64,000 nt of DNA from Blepharisma stoltei ATCC 30299 (taxonomy: Eukaryota; Protista; Ciliophora), in NCBI GenBank assembly GCA_965603825.1, contig CBFDEM010000009.1, positions 372,001 to 436,000 on the forward strand, written 5' to 3'. Numbering within the stretch: the stretch's first letter is position 1; each line of letters begins with the position of its first letter. Under the pieces are notes generated by a model. The model did no database searches. It saw only the letters and a program-made list of their open reading frames with translations, and was not told where the DNA came from. Below are positions 1 through 14,324 of this stretch, piece by piece. The translations under genes were made by a program, and so were the position numbers.

Positions 1-758
1 GAATTCTTACCTCAAAAACAAACACAAGTCAGAGGCAAAGAAGCTCTTCCAAAGAAATATCTCAGCCTCGGGTAAAAATTAGCAGAAAAGGAAAGATTCC
101 TTCTCTTCCTATTAAAAAAATCACAAAGAATAGGAACTTAGAAGAGCTTTTCAATTTATTTCGAAAGCCAACTCAACGTTATGATTTTATTGACCAAGAA
201 ATGGATAACTTGATGGGCGAAGTAGATGAAATTATCAAGTTTTGTATAGACTTATCAAGAAAATATAATACCGACATAAGGGAAACTGAGTATAGCGACT
301 ATTTGAAAACTCATAAGAGTTCTTCAGAAATACTAGATAATTCCAGTATTTCCTCTGGAAAAATGTATCATTTTGCTAAAAGCAATGAATCGACTAATAG
401 AAAAAGAAACAGAATGAAAACAAGAACTATGAGCTCAAAACAACTCCCAGCTATTGAAGCTAACAATTATTCGGTTATTGTGCAGAATGGCTACCACGAA
501 GAACTTAATAAAATCGAGCAAATTTCGATCCCACCTTTAATTTCAAAATCTTATTTATCAAACAGGAATATGTACATTGTATATGAAATGGTGAAATTTA
601 TTTAGAAAAAAGGAAGGTGCTATGAGTGTGCTGGGACGTGTAAAGAAAAGCATGATGATTCTATGCTGAGCAGGACTTCGAGTAAGAAAAATGTGAAATT
701 AGAAAGGTCGTTTAAAATGAGAAAAAAGCCTGAAATATCTCATAATGTATACTTATAA
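1..758 (+). CDS. Hypothetical protein, 3' part (5' end outside window); 15-nt intron 591-605
   Basis: Frame open from base 3. The TAG at 603-605 is the end of GTGAAATTTATTTAG, and the frame then continues to TAA 756-758. Confidence 0.65.
591..605 (+). other. 15-nt spliceosomal intron
   Basis: GTGAAATTTATTTAG, A at -6; removal deletes an in-frame TAG. Confidence 0.7.
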
Positions 759-1084
759 TTTAATAATCAAGCTAAATTTTTACACTATCTGGAAAAATTT
801 AATTAAAATTTAAATTTACATCGTTTTATATCATAATTAGATAAATTTATAAATTTTATGGCTTTTAATAACCCATGGCTATTTATCCTCATATTTATCC
901 TTTGCCAGGATTATTAATTATTAATCTATCCATTTTCCACAGTCAATTTCTACTCGTAACCAGTTTTTATTACCCACCTAATTCGTTCTATTCAATTTCT
1001 TCCACAAATTTAAACTATTCTTAAATATTTTAAGCTGAAATTACTTACCAATTATAATAAATTAATCCCAGAAACCAATCCAGA

Positions 1085-1963
1085 ATGGCAGGCAAGACCA
1101 ATACGAAATCCTTTAAAAAGCAGCCTCTTAAGCCTCTGAGCCTCAAAAAGCCATCAAAAGTGTCTAATATTGACGTAGAGAGCAACCATGGGAGAGACAA
1201 CGATTCTCTCCCAATACCTAAAGGTGACTCTCCCTATGCCTTAGCCAAACTTGCTGAGTACAAAGAGAGAGATCTTGATAAAGCGGAGTATTACTACAAC
1301 CTCACTATCAAAGCCGGCGATCGCTGCGAAAGTGCTATCAAAGATCTCGCAAGTCTTTTACATCAGCGAGGCAAGACTAAAGAAGCCTGCAACTTACTGG
1401 ACAAGCATAGGAATCTGTTTAAAAACGATGCAGAAAGGTTTGAAAACCTTTACAATACACTAAAAAAGCAAATTGTTACGACAGGTAACTGCTTAAATAA
1501 ACGCTTAAAGCTATCAGGGCTTAAAAAGGATGATGACAGTGATTTTGTTTACTCACTGTTTTCCAATACAATGCGTATTATAAGTGTCGAGCTGAAATAC
1601 GAAGAAATTGGCACCAAAGAAGTGTATTATGCAATACTTGACTTCAGCAGCCACTCTTCAGCTAGAAAAACCTTAGAAGGTTTCCACCACTGGGAAGAGT
1701 ATAAAATCGAATGGATTGACTATAACGGAGAAGTAGCTGGAGACGCTCATTATGCAAGACATAAGATGGAGGAATACAGAAAACACCATCCCACGTTCGA
1801 GTATAAAGTCTTCGACAGAGACCCGAAAGGCTACGTACTCAGTATGCCTATCGATGGAACAGCAATTCAAAATGGAGAAAAACTAAAAGTTGATGGGCTG
1901 GACGTCAAGAATATTTTAGGAGTTTCTCTGTTCTCCACGATTTTTGAGGAGTCAGAGATATAA
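1085..1963 (+). CDS. TPR protein resembling the plant MS5/TDM1/SDI1 N-terminus, followed by an RRM-like domain
   Basis: PKGDSPYALAK...AGDRCESAIKDLA resembles the MS5/SDI1 motif GDSPYVRAK...AGDRVDSALKDMA. LKLSGL...YAILDFSSHSSARKTLE resembles RNP2/RNP1. Confidence 0.7.
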   Translation: MAGKTNTKSFKKQPLKPLSLKKPSKVSNIDVESNHGRDNDSLPIPKGDSPYALAKLAEYKERDLDKAEYYYNLTIKAGDRCESAIKDLASLLHQRGKTKEACNLLDKHRNLFKNDAERFENLYNTLKKQIVTTGNCLNKRLKLSGLKKDDDSDFVYSLFSNTMRIISVELKYEEIGTKEVYYAILDFSSHSSARKTLEGFHHWEEYKIEWIDYNGEVAGDAHYARHKMEEYRKHHPTFEYKVFDRDPKGYVLSMPIDGTAIQNGEKLKVDGLDVKNILGVSLFSTIFEESEI

Positions 1964-1984
1964 CTCTAACATCTTTATTATTAC

Positions 1985-4900
1985 TTAGCTTCGCTGAGCC
2001 TTAATATCTTCAAGGGCTTGGTAAAGTCTGCCAAGCTGATCCATAACACTATGTTGATTTTGCTCTTGGACTTGTCCATTTCTTGCCAACTCATTTTTCA
2101 ATGCATTTTGTACATCAGTTATTTTATTATGCAGGCTATTAATGTGGCTCGCAATTTCTCCAGTCGCTTTTTCTTTTAATTCTTTATCTGCTTGTAATTT
2201 CGCGATGGCTTCATGAAGCTCTTTTACCTCATTTCCAAACGCTTCTACTCTAGTAGCCAAGCTGTTTGATTTTGGCCTTTCTGGCTCTTTGTCATTTAAA
2301 TGGGTTTCTATATGAGTCAGCCTACTTTTTACAGCACCAAGCTCGCTGTTTCTAATTTCTTTTATAGTTTCTTCAATTGCTTCATGAGCTAATGCTAGAT
2401 GTTGATGATTATTCAGCAGATTTTGCTCAGAATTTGTATTTTGTTCTAAAATCTGGACATTTTGGGTTTGGACGTCCACAAGTTTTTGGTTTTGTTCAGC
2501 AATTGCAGTTTGAATTTCGTTTTGGGCTGCAGTAAGAAGAGATTTCAACTGCGAAACTTCATCAAGAAGAAGCTTAATTGAGATAGAGTTATATTGTTTT
2601 TCTGAGCCTTCAAGGTGGCTTAGCATAGAATTTATGATATGGTGGACTTGGAGATCTTCAAGCGACAAAGTGTTTTCGTCAGACTGCTTAAATAGAACTT
2701 CTACCTTATCATCAATTTCTTTGCTTGTGGCTAATATATCTTGTTTCATTGCTTCCAGCTCTTTATTAGTTTTTTCTGCGATTTCTTGTTTTGCGTCTTC
2801 TATTTCTTTTCTAGTAAACATTTCAGTCTCTTTAGCTGCATTCATTAAGGCTTCTTCCATTTTTTCTAGGTTTCTGAACATGATTTGGATATTGTTGTCG
2901 TTATCAATAAGCCCATCTTTCATATCCATAACTTCTACAACTGAAATCATATTTTCTACACAGTCTTTGACAGCGAGTTTTATATTTAGCTGCTGCTTTA
3001 GGTCATCAATTCTTTCTTTTGACTCATTTTCTACGTTTCCAAGGCTTTCACGAAGATTGTCGAAATTGTCTTGGAATTCGTTGTGGAGGTCTTTTATCCA
3101 GTTACCAGTTAAATTTGCAAGGACTGCTTTTTGCCGCTCTATGGTGTTAAGAGTGTAGTCTTCAACGACTGAGTTGATCATGTCTTTTAAGCACCGTTCT
3201 ACTTCGATTCTTTCTCTATTTTCTTTCATTATTTCTTTTAGCTTCTTATGCCCTTTTTTTGATTTTTCTCCCATTTGCTGTCTTTCGTTTGATTCATTTT
3301 TAAAGAAATTTGATGTTTCAGTTCTAAGTTCTTCAGCCACTTTGGATGTGTAGTATTTCATTAAGTCTTCTAGTCCTGAAATTCTGACATTTAGGCTTTT
3401 TAGAATCCCTTCTTCTGAATGGTTACGTTCAGCTATTTCTTGGGTAATTAATGCTCGGCATAAAGCTTTGACTGCTTCAGAGCTTTGTGTTACCCCTTCT
3501 TGAAGCATGTGGCTTAAATTTTCAAGCCTCTCCATAAAATTTTTCGCATTTTTTTCTCTTTCCAATTTTTCACTTGCTATCTGCTCATTCAGAGTGTTTT
3601 TAATTCCATTTGATTCAGCTGTAATAGCTAAAGATGATGCTGCTTGAACTGACTGGATTTCGTTTCTCAGCTCTTCTTTCGCTTTTTCAAGCTCTTTATT
3701 GATATTTTCTCTTTCTACTTCTATTGCAAGCTGCGTTTCTGTATTTATATTCGAAGAAATTTCTGACACATATTCTTGTGTCCATTGTTTTATCGGCTCT
3801 TTTGCGTCTTCTATTTCAGAAAACAGCTGATCTGAGAGTTTCCCAAAATCATTCCTCACATTTTCTACCTCATTCCTCACATTTCCTATCTCATTCTGAT
3901 TTTCCTCAATTTTCCCATTAACTTTTTCAATCTCTTGTTTTGTGTGTTCTATCATTTCTTTTTTGCTATTTTCTAGCTTGTTTTTTAGCACGCCATCTAG
4001 CATCAAAATTTCTTCTTTTCTCTTTTTACTTTCTTCTAAAATCCCATAAAACATATCAGATTTCATGTTTTTCTGCATCTGGTCTAGCCTAGAAGCTAAA
4101 GTTTGAGACTGCTCCAATTGTAAATTTGCTATATTTTTTTCGGTGTCTGTTTTTAATTGATGGAGTTCTTTGTTAATTTGGTCAGACATTTGGTTCATAG
4201 AATTTTTGACCCTTTGTTCAACTACTCCGTCTTCGAAATTTATTTGGCTTTTTACCTGCTCTAGCTGGTTTTCGAACTCTTCTTGGACTCTTTTAAGCTC
4301 CCTTAAATAAAGCTCAGATTTTTCTCGGCCATCTAGGTAGCGCTTATTGCAGTCATTAAAATCGTCTTCTAGCCTTTGATTTATTGAGCTTATCTGGGAA
4401 TCAAGATTTGCCTTGAATTCTTCTTTTCATGCATTTCATGCTTGGTCTCTTTGGTCAGCTTCATTTTGCATGCTAAAAATCAAACTTTTGACCCTGTTTT
4501 CGCTTGACATCATTTGGTTTTCTAATGAAACTGTCTTTTGATCAATGACTTGGGCTATGCTCTGCATGTGGTTGTGAGCAGCAACTTGCTGTTCAACCCT
4601 TAGCTTAGCTTCTTCCTGCAGGGATTCTTCAAGTCCTTCAATTCTGGAGTATAGCCCATCTTTTATGCTTGATATTATTTGTGTTATATCTTTGATATTT
4701 TCAGTCATCATGGTCTGGACTTTTCCAACATGTGCAGTCCCAGTTTCTTTGACTCTGCCAATAATTTCATGTAAAGCAGTCAGGCCTTCTTGCATCATTC
4801 CTAAAATATTTCTTTCTCTATCAGCAATATTTCTCTCATCGTTTCTTATAAATTCTTGCACAAACTGTAATTTTCCTTCAGTCCACTGTCTATACTCCCT

Positions 4901-5788
4901 TTCAATTTGTGTTCTTATCGATGCTTCTTCATCCACTCTTTTCTGCATATTTCCTAAAACACTTTTTATATATTCAGCTTCATTTCTATTTTTTTCTTCC
5001 CTTGTTTGTTCAAGCGCAGTTGCCTGATGTCGACTTCCTTTTTGAGCTTCCATGATATCATCCCTATACTGTTGGAATCTCCTTGCCATTTCTTTTTCTT
5101 GGTTTCTCATTTGTTGATAAAGTTCTTGAATTTGTTTATATGAGTCTTGTTGAGATTGATCTCTTTGTCTTCTTTCTTCTATTAAAGCTTCTTTTAAGCT
5201 TTGGATGTTTAAAGCTACTTCATTAGGCACGCCTTGAGGTTCAGGCGGCATAATTGCTCGTGGCATCTTGCTTAAATGCTCGATTTCTCTTTCAGCTGAA
5301 GAATTCTTTAATTCTAACTGATCCACTTTTCGCCTCATTCCATTCATTTCAATTGACATTTTTTCAAATGAAGTCTGCATGGTATTTTTTATGATCTTTA
5401 TAGCATCTTGCAGCATGAGAAGCTGCTGAGCGTTGTCTTTTCAGAGATGAGTGTCACGTTCTTCTATTATTTTCAGCTCTTTGTGAAGACGATTAGGAAA
5501 ATCATCACCAAAGCCGATAAGTCTTCGCTCAATACTTGCACGGATATCAAGTAGTTGGAGCTCAAGCTCACGGATTCTGCCACGCATTTCGATCATTGGA
5601 GCGTCTTCAGGGATAAAAGTTGCTTTGGGGGTTTCAGCTTGTTCTGCACTAATAAACTCACGAGACCCACGGCTTTGAATATGTGGTAAAAAAGAGTTAC
5701 GGGTTGATAATGACGGAGGAGTAGGCTGGGAGCGGAATATATCAGCGACACCTTCTCGTTGTCGCCGCTGTTCAATTTTTCTTGACAT
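1985..5788 (-). CDS. Long coiled-coil protein (1267 aa), probably cytoskeletal/cortical
   Basis: Three track ORFs lie in one frame, separated only by TGA. E/Q/K-rich heptads throughout. Confidence 0.85.
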
Positions 5789-5926
5789 AATTTAAAATAT
5801 AAGCAATGTGGCGTTTCCCAATTCTTTATATTTTCATATGGAAGGATTTTAATAAGTTTTCTTGTGATAATTCGTATAATAATAAGAATTCAAATTTAGG
5901 CTAATAGATAATGCTTATAAAAAAGA

Positions 5927-7312
5927 ATGGGAAACTGTTGCCTCAATCCAGCCGCTCAGAGTTTGTTGCCAAACCCTACAAATGAGCCAGAGTACCATAA
6001 GCACCAGGTCATCCATATCTATGAAAAAGATAGGTTTGACAGAATAATCGGCAGCCAAGGCGTAAAATTTGAATTACTGGCTCCTATACATCAAGAAACT
6101 TTAATTGCCAGTGCAGCAAAAATTCCTGTGCGTGTTACAGGATGTGTTATTCCTGGACTGGACCCTCGTGGTGAGATTAATAAGGAATGCCAAGATATTT
6201 ATACATTTTTCCAAAAAGAAGATACTATTTTGGCAGTTCTATTTGACGGCCATGGCAAAGAAGGACAAAAAATTGCAAAATTCTGTAAGGATTACATGGT
6301 CACTTTCTTCACTGAAAATTTTTCAAAATTCAACGAAAATCCTATTGACGCTATTGTTGAGTTAGTCCAAGAATGCGACGAAAGTTTAAGCTCAAGCGGA
6401 ATTGCGTCAAACTTATCCGGAGCCACTGCTGTTGTCGTTGTAATTAGTCCTTCCGGAATCCATGCAGGTAGTGTAGGGGACTCTAGAGCTATTTTAGCCA
6501 CTTTACCGAGAGAAAGTGCTGTTATTAAGCCTCAGAATGTCCCCCATAAGATTTCCTCAAAATGGTCTCATAAAGCTCTTCCTATGCGAATTCTGTCACC
6601 AGTCACTATAACAGTTGACCAAAAACCTAATCATGCTGAAGAGCTTAAAAGAATCACCGCATCTGGAGGGGTTGTAGAAAAAATCACTGACGATCAAGGC
6701 AACCCAGTTGGCCCTTATAGAGTGTGGCTTAAAAAAGGAAACTACCCAGGCTTAGCCATGTCAAGATCTATTGGTGACACCATAGCTCACGAAATCGGGG
6801 TCACGTCCACCCCTATTTGTAATAGTTTTGAGCTTTATCCTGAGTGTGACCAGTTTATAGTTTTAGCATCAGATGGGCTATGAGATGTGATGGACAACCA
6901 AGAAGTTTCAAATTTTGTGGAAAAATACAGATCAATCACCAAGCATTTTCCTTCTGATGAATACCCAGCTAAACATACTAATTCTACCATTGCAAGATTG
7001 CTGTGTGAAGAAGCAAGATACAGATGATTTGGAGTTGTTGAAGATGAAGATGTAATGATAGATGATATTTCAGTAATAGTAATAGAATTCACCAGTGTCG
7101 AGCCGATGGCGATTGCCGAAAAATCACCGAGAAATGAGAGAAATATAAAGAAATTCCAAAGCATTTCGTTTGAAAGTGAAATGATTAAGCAGAAAACAAT
7201 TGTGAGGAATGATCCGCATAGAGGAAGTATTACGAAAGGAGAAGAACATAATGAGATTTTGGAAGCTGCAATAGAGGTGATGCATGAAGAAGAAGGCAAT
7301 GATATTAAATAA
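5927..7312 (+). CDS. Protein phosphatase 2C (PPM family), 461 aa, with N-terminal MGNCC acylation motif
   Basis: FDGHG, VGDSR, GLAMSRSIGD, ASDGL[TGA=W]DV, DDISVIVI. Confidence 0.95.
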
Positions 7313-7319
7313 AAAAAAA

Positions 7320-7862
7320 TTATGAATAATTAGGAATTAATAGTCTTTTCAAGGTAGTAATTCTATCATGAAAAGGCTGAAGTGGCGTGTTTGATCGAAA
7401 ATGATTTCTCCTTGAAAGCTTTGATGGTGATGAGCTTTTTGATTGTGACTGCGGTCGAGAAATTAATTCGATTGAATTTGCGGAATTGTTTATAAGTTTA
7501 ATATTTCGAAAGCTTAAAAGGTCAATATTGTCTAAGCTAAACTCGGATTTTGTCCTCATAGATTGAGGGGAGTTAGTACTGTATTTTCTTGGGGATTCTG
7601 AAAAATCTCTAATTCTTTCATAGACTGTATCTATTGTAGGGAACTCTTTGGGTGGGCTGATTGAACTGGCTCTTTGTTTGTTTTTTCGATAGTTTATTAA
7701 GCTTTTGGGAATTTTGATTTTTTGTCCTGCCATGAAATCTCTGATTTGTTTTCTGGATAAAAATTACTTTGGTTTTTCGTTTGAGGCTTTGGGGGTTTTC
7801 TTTTTTTTGGGAATAAAAACAGAGATGTTAGCAGATGTGTCTTCTTTTATTGCAGGAAGCAT
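7320..7862 (-). CDS. Hypothetical basic, Ser-rich protein; 15-nt intron 7753-7767
   Basis: ATG at 7862 is in frame with the track ORF once GTAATTTTTATCCAG is removed. Confidence 0.65.
7753..7767 (-). other. 15-nt intron
   Basis: GTAATTTTTATCCAG, A at -6, contains in-frame TAA. Confidence 0.7.
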
Positions 7863-8188
7863 TTGGGATATTTTTGAAAATTTATTTATTCTTTTGATTC
7901 GTTCAGGCCATTTTTCTTAGAAGAGCTATAATAATTCTCTATGCTTTTTATACTGAGATTGACTCTAATAGAAGGATTAGAAATACTTTATATTTAATGC
8001 TTGGTAAAGCAAATAGGCAATTATTTTTTAAATATTGAGTATAGTAATTTTTAGTTTAAATTATAGCCTCTATATTTTTCACTGTAAATTTCCAAGATAA
8101 CGATAATTATCATAGCAAATAAAAATTAAACATTAATCTTACATAAAGAAATAATATAGCCCATATTTACTAATATATTTTCAACTGC

Positions 8189-8809
8189 ATGTCTGTAAAT
8201 TACAGAAGGCTGAGCTTTATCCTCTTTGCAATACTTTTAAGCTGAGCAAACATCACCTGTGATATCCTTTATGCTTGAAGAATGCAAGGCGCTCCTCTAA
8301 ATGACTGTTTAATTGCTTTTCTAGCTATCCAGCCTTCAATTTATTTAGTTTACTACTGGCTCTATGTAACAATTCCTATCATCTGTAACGAAATGTCTCT
8401 TCCAATATATGGAATCATCATTTCCTATCTTTTCCAAGGCCCAATTTTTGCATTAATTGCAGAGTTCAAGCTGATGCTCACAAAAGCTTATTATCTTACA
8501 CTTGTAGCAGGGCCTGAGTCATATGGTGACAGAATAAAACAAGACTTTCTATCACACTTGATTGTCCACGCGCTATTTCAAAGTGTTCCTATGGGGATTT
8601 TGCAAATAGTTACAAATATTGATCAAGGCGTATGAGATGAAATTACTATAGTGAGCCCGATAATTTCTTTATTGATGGCAGCTACAGGATTTTTTAGCTT
8701 GACTGTTTTTATGAAAATGAACACAGGCGGGCTAGAATGGATACAAAAGAAGAAGAAAACAACAGGTGTATATACTTTATCACCGCTAGACGCTGATCTA
8801 ACTATTTAA
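8189..8809 (+). CDS. Multi-pass membrane protein, possibly XK-related
   Basis: ATG 8189 to TAA 8807-8809 with three TGA=W; several hydrophobic helices; FQSVPMGILQ resembles the XK ExxPQxxLQ motif. Confidence 0.7.
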
Positions 8810-9090
8810 ACATAAGGATTTATATATTGGATATATTTGAATTATGTTAATTTATAACAGTAGGAAAAAATCTAATTTTAAATAGCATATATATTAAATT
8901 ATATTTTGCTGTATATGAAATAAACTTCCTTAATTTTTTAATTTTATATTCAACATAATATTTTATTTTGAAATAACTTGTTTTGAAATTGTTTTTATCT
9001 TAAATTTTTGAAAAACTATTTATTTCTTGATTTTTCTTATTAGTAAAAGCCATTTTGCATTGCGTAATTATTAGTGAAAAATATAAATTA

Positions 9091-12000
9091 ATGACGGAAC
9101 CTGAATTTGGCTATGATAATGGAAACTTTTGAAGTGATTTATGAATGACATGGGTATTTGATTTAATAAGCTATTGAAACCAATCTAAATCCAAAAAGTC
9201 AAATATAGTAGCAATTCCACATCGAATGAAATTCGAGGAATCCTTATTTGTATTAGAAAAAGAATGAGAAATCGAGCGAAAATCCTTAAAGCCAAATTTT
9301 TTTAAGGCCTTAAAGAAGACTTTTTGGTGGGAAATTACAAAATATTCTATATATATAAAGCTTGGACAACTGTTTGGATTACTTCAAGCAGTAATTATGA
9401 TTTTTCTGATAGATTTTTTTACGGATGATAATGCTTTTATTGCAGAAGGAATCATTTTAGTAGCTTGCTTAGCTATACTCTCCTTAATGAGTGTTTCTTT
9501 ATATGCACTCGGCGCATTTCATGTGAGACTTCTTACATTGAAAATAAAATCTATTGTTCCATATATTATTTATAAAAAGGTTTTAAAAACCTCATATGAG
9601 GAAATTTCCAATAGAGATTTCCAAAGTAAACTCCCTAATACCATTGCTGCGGATATGGAAAATTTTAATTATCTTGTGCCTATAGCAATGATGATTGGCT
9701 GCCCATTCATTTTTGCAAGTTCATTTTTTATAATAGGAATTCTTACAGGATGGGCTGGAATTATTGGATTGACTGTTTTATTAGTTCATTATCCTATAGC
9801 GATTGCTTTATCTAGCATCTCAAGTTATTATAGAAAAAGGGTGTCAGAGTTCAGCGATAAAAGGATTATGCTGATCACTAATTTAATAGAAGGCATTAAG
9901 GTTGTAAAACTCTATGGCTGAGAAGACCCATTTTTGAGACTTATATATGGGGAGAGGTCAAAAGAAATAAAAGAGCAGGAAAAGCAGTTTAATATTAGCT
10001 CTGTAAATAATGCTATGGGAGTTTCAGGAATAGGAGCAGTTTTTCTTGTGACATTTGCATTGTACATTCATCTTGGGAATACTTTAGAATTAAGTGCAGT
10101 ATTCTGTGTTGTTGCAGTCATGATGATGGTATATTCTTTATTAATCAAGACAGGTGTAGTTGCAGCATTTAGCATGGCATCAATTTTATTATCAATGGAA
10201 AGGATAACCCAAATTTTATTATTGAATGAAAAGAATTCTAAAAACGAATTTAATGATTGCGATGTATTAGTATCAATGGTAAATGCAAGCTTTTCTTATA
10301 AACCAAAAGATGAAATACAAGATGGAAATATTTTTGAAGAAAATTTAATGAATAATAATAGCGATGAAGATGTTCTCACAGATATAAATTTTCAGCTCAG
10401 AAAAGGTGAGCTAATGATTGTTGTAGGACAAGTAGGAAGTGGAAAAACAAGTTTACTACTAGGATTATTAAATGAAATATTTTTAAAGGAAGGAAATGTC
10501 AATATATCAGGAAAGATTTCATATTCAGGGCAAGATTCCTGAGTTTTGCCAGGGACAATAAAGGAAAACATTCTCATGGGCAATGAATATAACGAATTTC
10601 TATATAAAAATTCTATAAAAATCTGTGGGCTCGACAAAGATCTTGACTACTTCAAATTAAAGGATGAAGCAACTATTGGAGATAACGGAGCAGCATTAAG
10701 TGGAGGGCAAAAAGCTCGGCTAAGCCTTGCAAGAGCTTTATATAGCAATAAAGATATAATGCTTCTTGATGATCCATTAAGTGCCGTTGATGCTAAAGTG
10801 AGCTCCTCTATATTTAAGAATTGCATTAAAGAGTTTCTTAAAGACCATGCAGTTATATTAATCTCACATCATATTCATCTGATACCAGAAGCCGATAAGA
10901 TTTTAGTGCTTAGCCAAGGGAAACAGATATTTTTTGGTGAATATCAAGAGTTTCAAGAACGGCATGACATAAGCCATTATGTTGGAGAATTGAATACCTT
11001 AAAAAATGCAAAGGAGAATTGAGATATTAAAAGCAATAATGAATTAATGATAGAAGAAAAGCCTGAAATGGCTGAAACGGTTATAGAGGAAGAAAACGAT
11101 CTAGCTCCTATTTCATTGAAGACATATTACAAGTATTTTTCATACGGTTTTAACTCATATTGTCTTCTGGGAGGAGCTATTTTGTGATTATTACTATCAC
11201 AACTATCAAGTATAGCTGTATTATATTGACTTACTTTCTGATTCGCACAAGTAGAAACTGAGCAATCAAATTTATATTATGTATGATTTTATGCAATAAT
11301 TATATGCATAAATTACGTAACTACTTTTTTAAGTTCTTTAGTACTGAATTATGGATTGACACTTGCTGGGAAATGCTTGCATAATAAAGCATTAGAAAAT
11401 ATGTGTAAAACTAATATACAGTTTTTTGATAAAAACAGTATCGGAAAAATGATTAATCGGTTTTCTAAAGACACGTTTATGATGGACGAGATATTGCATA
11501 CTGTATTATGCCATTTTATTAGCCAAGTTTTCGATTTATCGGGAATCCTTATATCTATTGCAATTATTGTTCCGCCTGCTGCAGCATTAGTGATATTTTA
11601 TTTCCTAAATACTCTATGGTTTTCTCAATTTATATTTCCAATGATTAAAGATCTCACCACCTTAGCATTAGAGTCAAAAGGTCCAATTCTAAGTCTAGCC
11701 AATGCATCAATACACGGAATAGCAACAATCAGATCACACAATCTCGAGAATAAACTTATAACAGACATGAAAAACAATATAGAGTACAACTGCAGATGTG
11801 AATTGAGCAAAGAAATAATTTTCCGTTTTTATCAATTTTATATGGAAATCTTTACTTCTCTACTATGCATCATGATAGCTATAGTGCTTATCCCATGAAA
11901 AAATTTCATAACCCCTGATCTTGCAGCTATATGCATTTGTTTCTTGATTTTAGCTATGCAAACTTCTATGTCATGGGCAGATTGCATGCTTGAAATTGAT

Positions 12001-12858
12001 ATTTTGATTATTTCTCCACAAAGGCTGATGGAGTATGCTGATCTGCAGCAAGAAGGAAAATTTGACTCAGATGAAGGCTTCAATATTAAATATGGAAAAA
12101 TTGAATTTAAAAATATTTTTATGAAATATGGAGAAAACTATCCTTATGCTTTACATGATTTAAATTTTGCTATATATCCTGGAGAAAAAGTTGGTATTGT
12201 TGGAAGAACTGGATCAGGAAAATCCTCCATAATGAATGTCTTGTTTCGGATTATAAACCCTACATTGGGAACTATATTTATAGATGATCAAGACTATAAA
12301 AGTGCAGGTCTTCATCAATTGCGTAAACAGATGTCAGCCATCACTCAGTCCCCTATAATATTTATGGCAAGCTTCAGAGATAATATTGACCCATATCATG
12401 AATATACAGATGATGAAATATGGCGCACTTGCAAGCAGGCAGATTTATATGATCTAGTCAAATTTTTGCCTAATAAACTTGATACAGTTCTTTTAGGGCC
12501 AGAATGCAGTTTATCAGCTGGGGAAAAACAGTTAGTCTGCCTTGCAAGAGCTTTAATAAGAAATAGTAAAATTGTGATGATGGATGAAGCAACTGCAAAT
12601 GTAGACCCAAAAACTGACAGAATTGTCCATAAAAAAATAAAAACAATGTTTCCTGACAGTACCATGCTTATTATAGCTCATAGACTAAGGACTATAATTA
12701 ATGTTGATTTAGTGATAGTGATGGAAGATGGGACTTGTAAAGAAATAGGTCGTCCAAAGCAGCTTATTAATAACAAGAATTCTTTGTTTAGAAGTTTGAT
12801 TTTACATACTGGGCCTCAAGAATCAGAATATTTATTAGAAAAATTAAAAAATAATTAA
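9091..12858 (+). CDS. ABCC/MRP-type ABC transporter (TMD-NBD-TMD-NBD), 1255 aa
   Basis: GQVGSGKT, LSGGQKARL, LLDD, GRTGSGKS, LSAGEKQL, MMDEATA, IAHRL; VKLYG[TGA]E matches the conserved KLYxWE; single frame. Confidence 0.95.
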
Positions 12859-12882
12859 TTTTCTTTCTGCAATAATTAATAA

Positions 12883-14274
12883 TTATGTAGCTTTATCATC
12901 ATCCGATTCAAAAGCTTTTTTCTTCTCAACTTGAGGCTCTTCAATACAAGATCTAGTGAAAACAAGAATTAGAGCAGTCGGCACTGCAATTGCGCATATA
13001 ATCATTCACATTTTCCAGCATTCTTTTTCATCACCATCCTCAGGACAGTATTCTTCTAATAGCACCCCAGACAGAATTCCTGCAAATAATAAAGAGACGT
13101 TATTGGGAAGCACTAAAAAGGAAAAATAAACCACTTCTTGTCCTAGAGGAGCAACTTTCAATATATAATCATAAAGCCGAGGCTGGAATAAGCTGCACCC
13201 AACTCCATAAAAAATAGCAAAAAAGACACACATTGAATAGCTAGGAGGCAAAGTAAAAAAGTAAAATGATAATGCAGAAATTAAGCAGCCAAAAATAATA
13301 AGAGTATAGCTTGATATCATAAATAAAAAGAACGACAAAGCGACTATAGAAACTATTGTCACAATCGACTGTATAGTAAAAATAGAACCCCAGTTTACGT
13401 CGTCACCGAACTCCCTTGTCATATACTTACCAAGTGATATAGGAAAAGTATTAAAAGCTCCTAATAAAATAGTCAATAATATTAGAAATACAAAATATCT
13501 CATAAAGGTCTTGGTTTTAAACACATCCATAATGTTCAATTTTTTGCCTTCTTGATGCTCAGTCTCTTGCGAATATTTTGGTGGGCCAACAAAGTGTATT
13601 AACCCAGCACTAAGTAATGCAGTAAATGCTGCAGATAAAAACATAGCTCCATATGCATAATCTGCATTATCATTAAATATTTCCCAGAACAAGGAAATGC
13701 CTATACCAATAAAAATAAATGTAACACAAAAAGTGATGACAACGAGGCTGTTTGCGATAATCCTTGATTTTTCAGGGGTGTAAAGAGAGATTGCAAAAAT
13801 TGTCATTGGGACACTTATACTGTTTCCGATAGCTGTTAATGTATAGACTGATACAACGGAAACCAAGAACCACTCTGAGATAGCTATTAAGGTTAAGCCT
13901 GCGCTGAAAATTATTCCTCCAATTGTGATACTTGTTTTTACCCCAAAACGATATGGAAATGAGCCAGTTACCAAAGATGCAATACCCGTCATAAGCCCAT
14001 AAATACCAATAATTATCCCTGATTCAATGTCAGAAGTACCCCACACATCAGTAAAATATGCACATAAAACGCTTAGTACCATTCCAAATGAGTACGAAAC
14101 GAGAAAAAGTTGAGTGTACAATATAACTAGCTCTTTAGGATATTGGACAAATAAAATTATTGCTTCTTGAAAGTGATATAATTGATGAGTCAACGTATTA
14201 ATGGATTCCTTTAACTTCTCGTCCATTAGTGGGGCAGACTCCTCTTTTTGAGGGCTTGAGGATTCGTTTTCCAT
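12883..14274 (-). CDS. MFS transporter (POT-like), 463 aa
   Basis: About 12 hydrophobic segments; reads through TGA at 13006-13008 into a final TM helix; TAA 12883-12885. Confidence 0.85.
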
Positions 14275-14324
14275 TTTAATTTATATATAAACTCGCTTTA
14301 TTTTTTTAAAAAATCTTTTAATCA

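Noticed and set aside
3848-3897. Near-tandem 21-bp repeat (also 9-bp x3 at about 60512-60540 and CCT/CCA runs at 59366-59400)
   Set aside because: Coding repeats (heptads, IKD, poly-Pro); not CRISPR or mobile elements.
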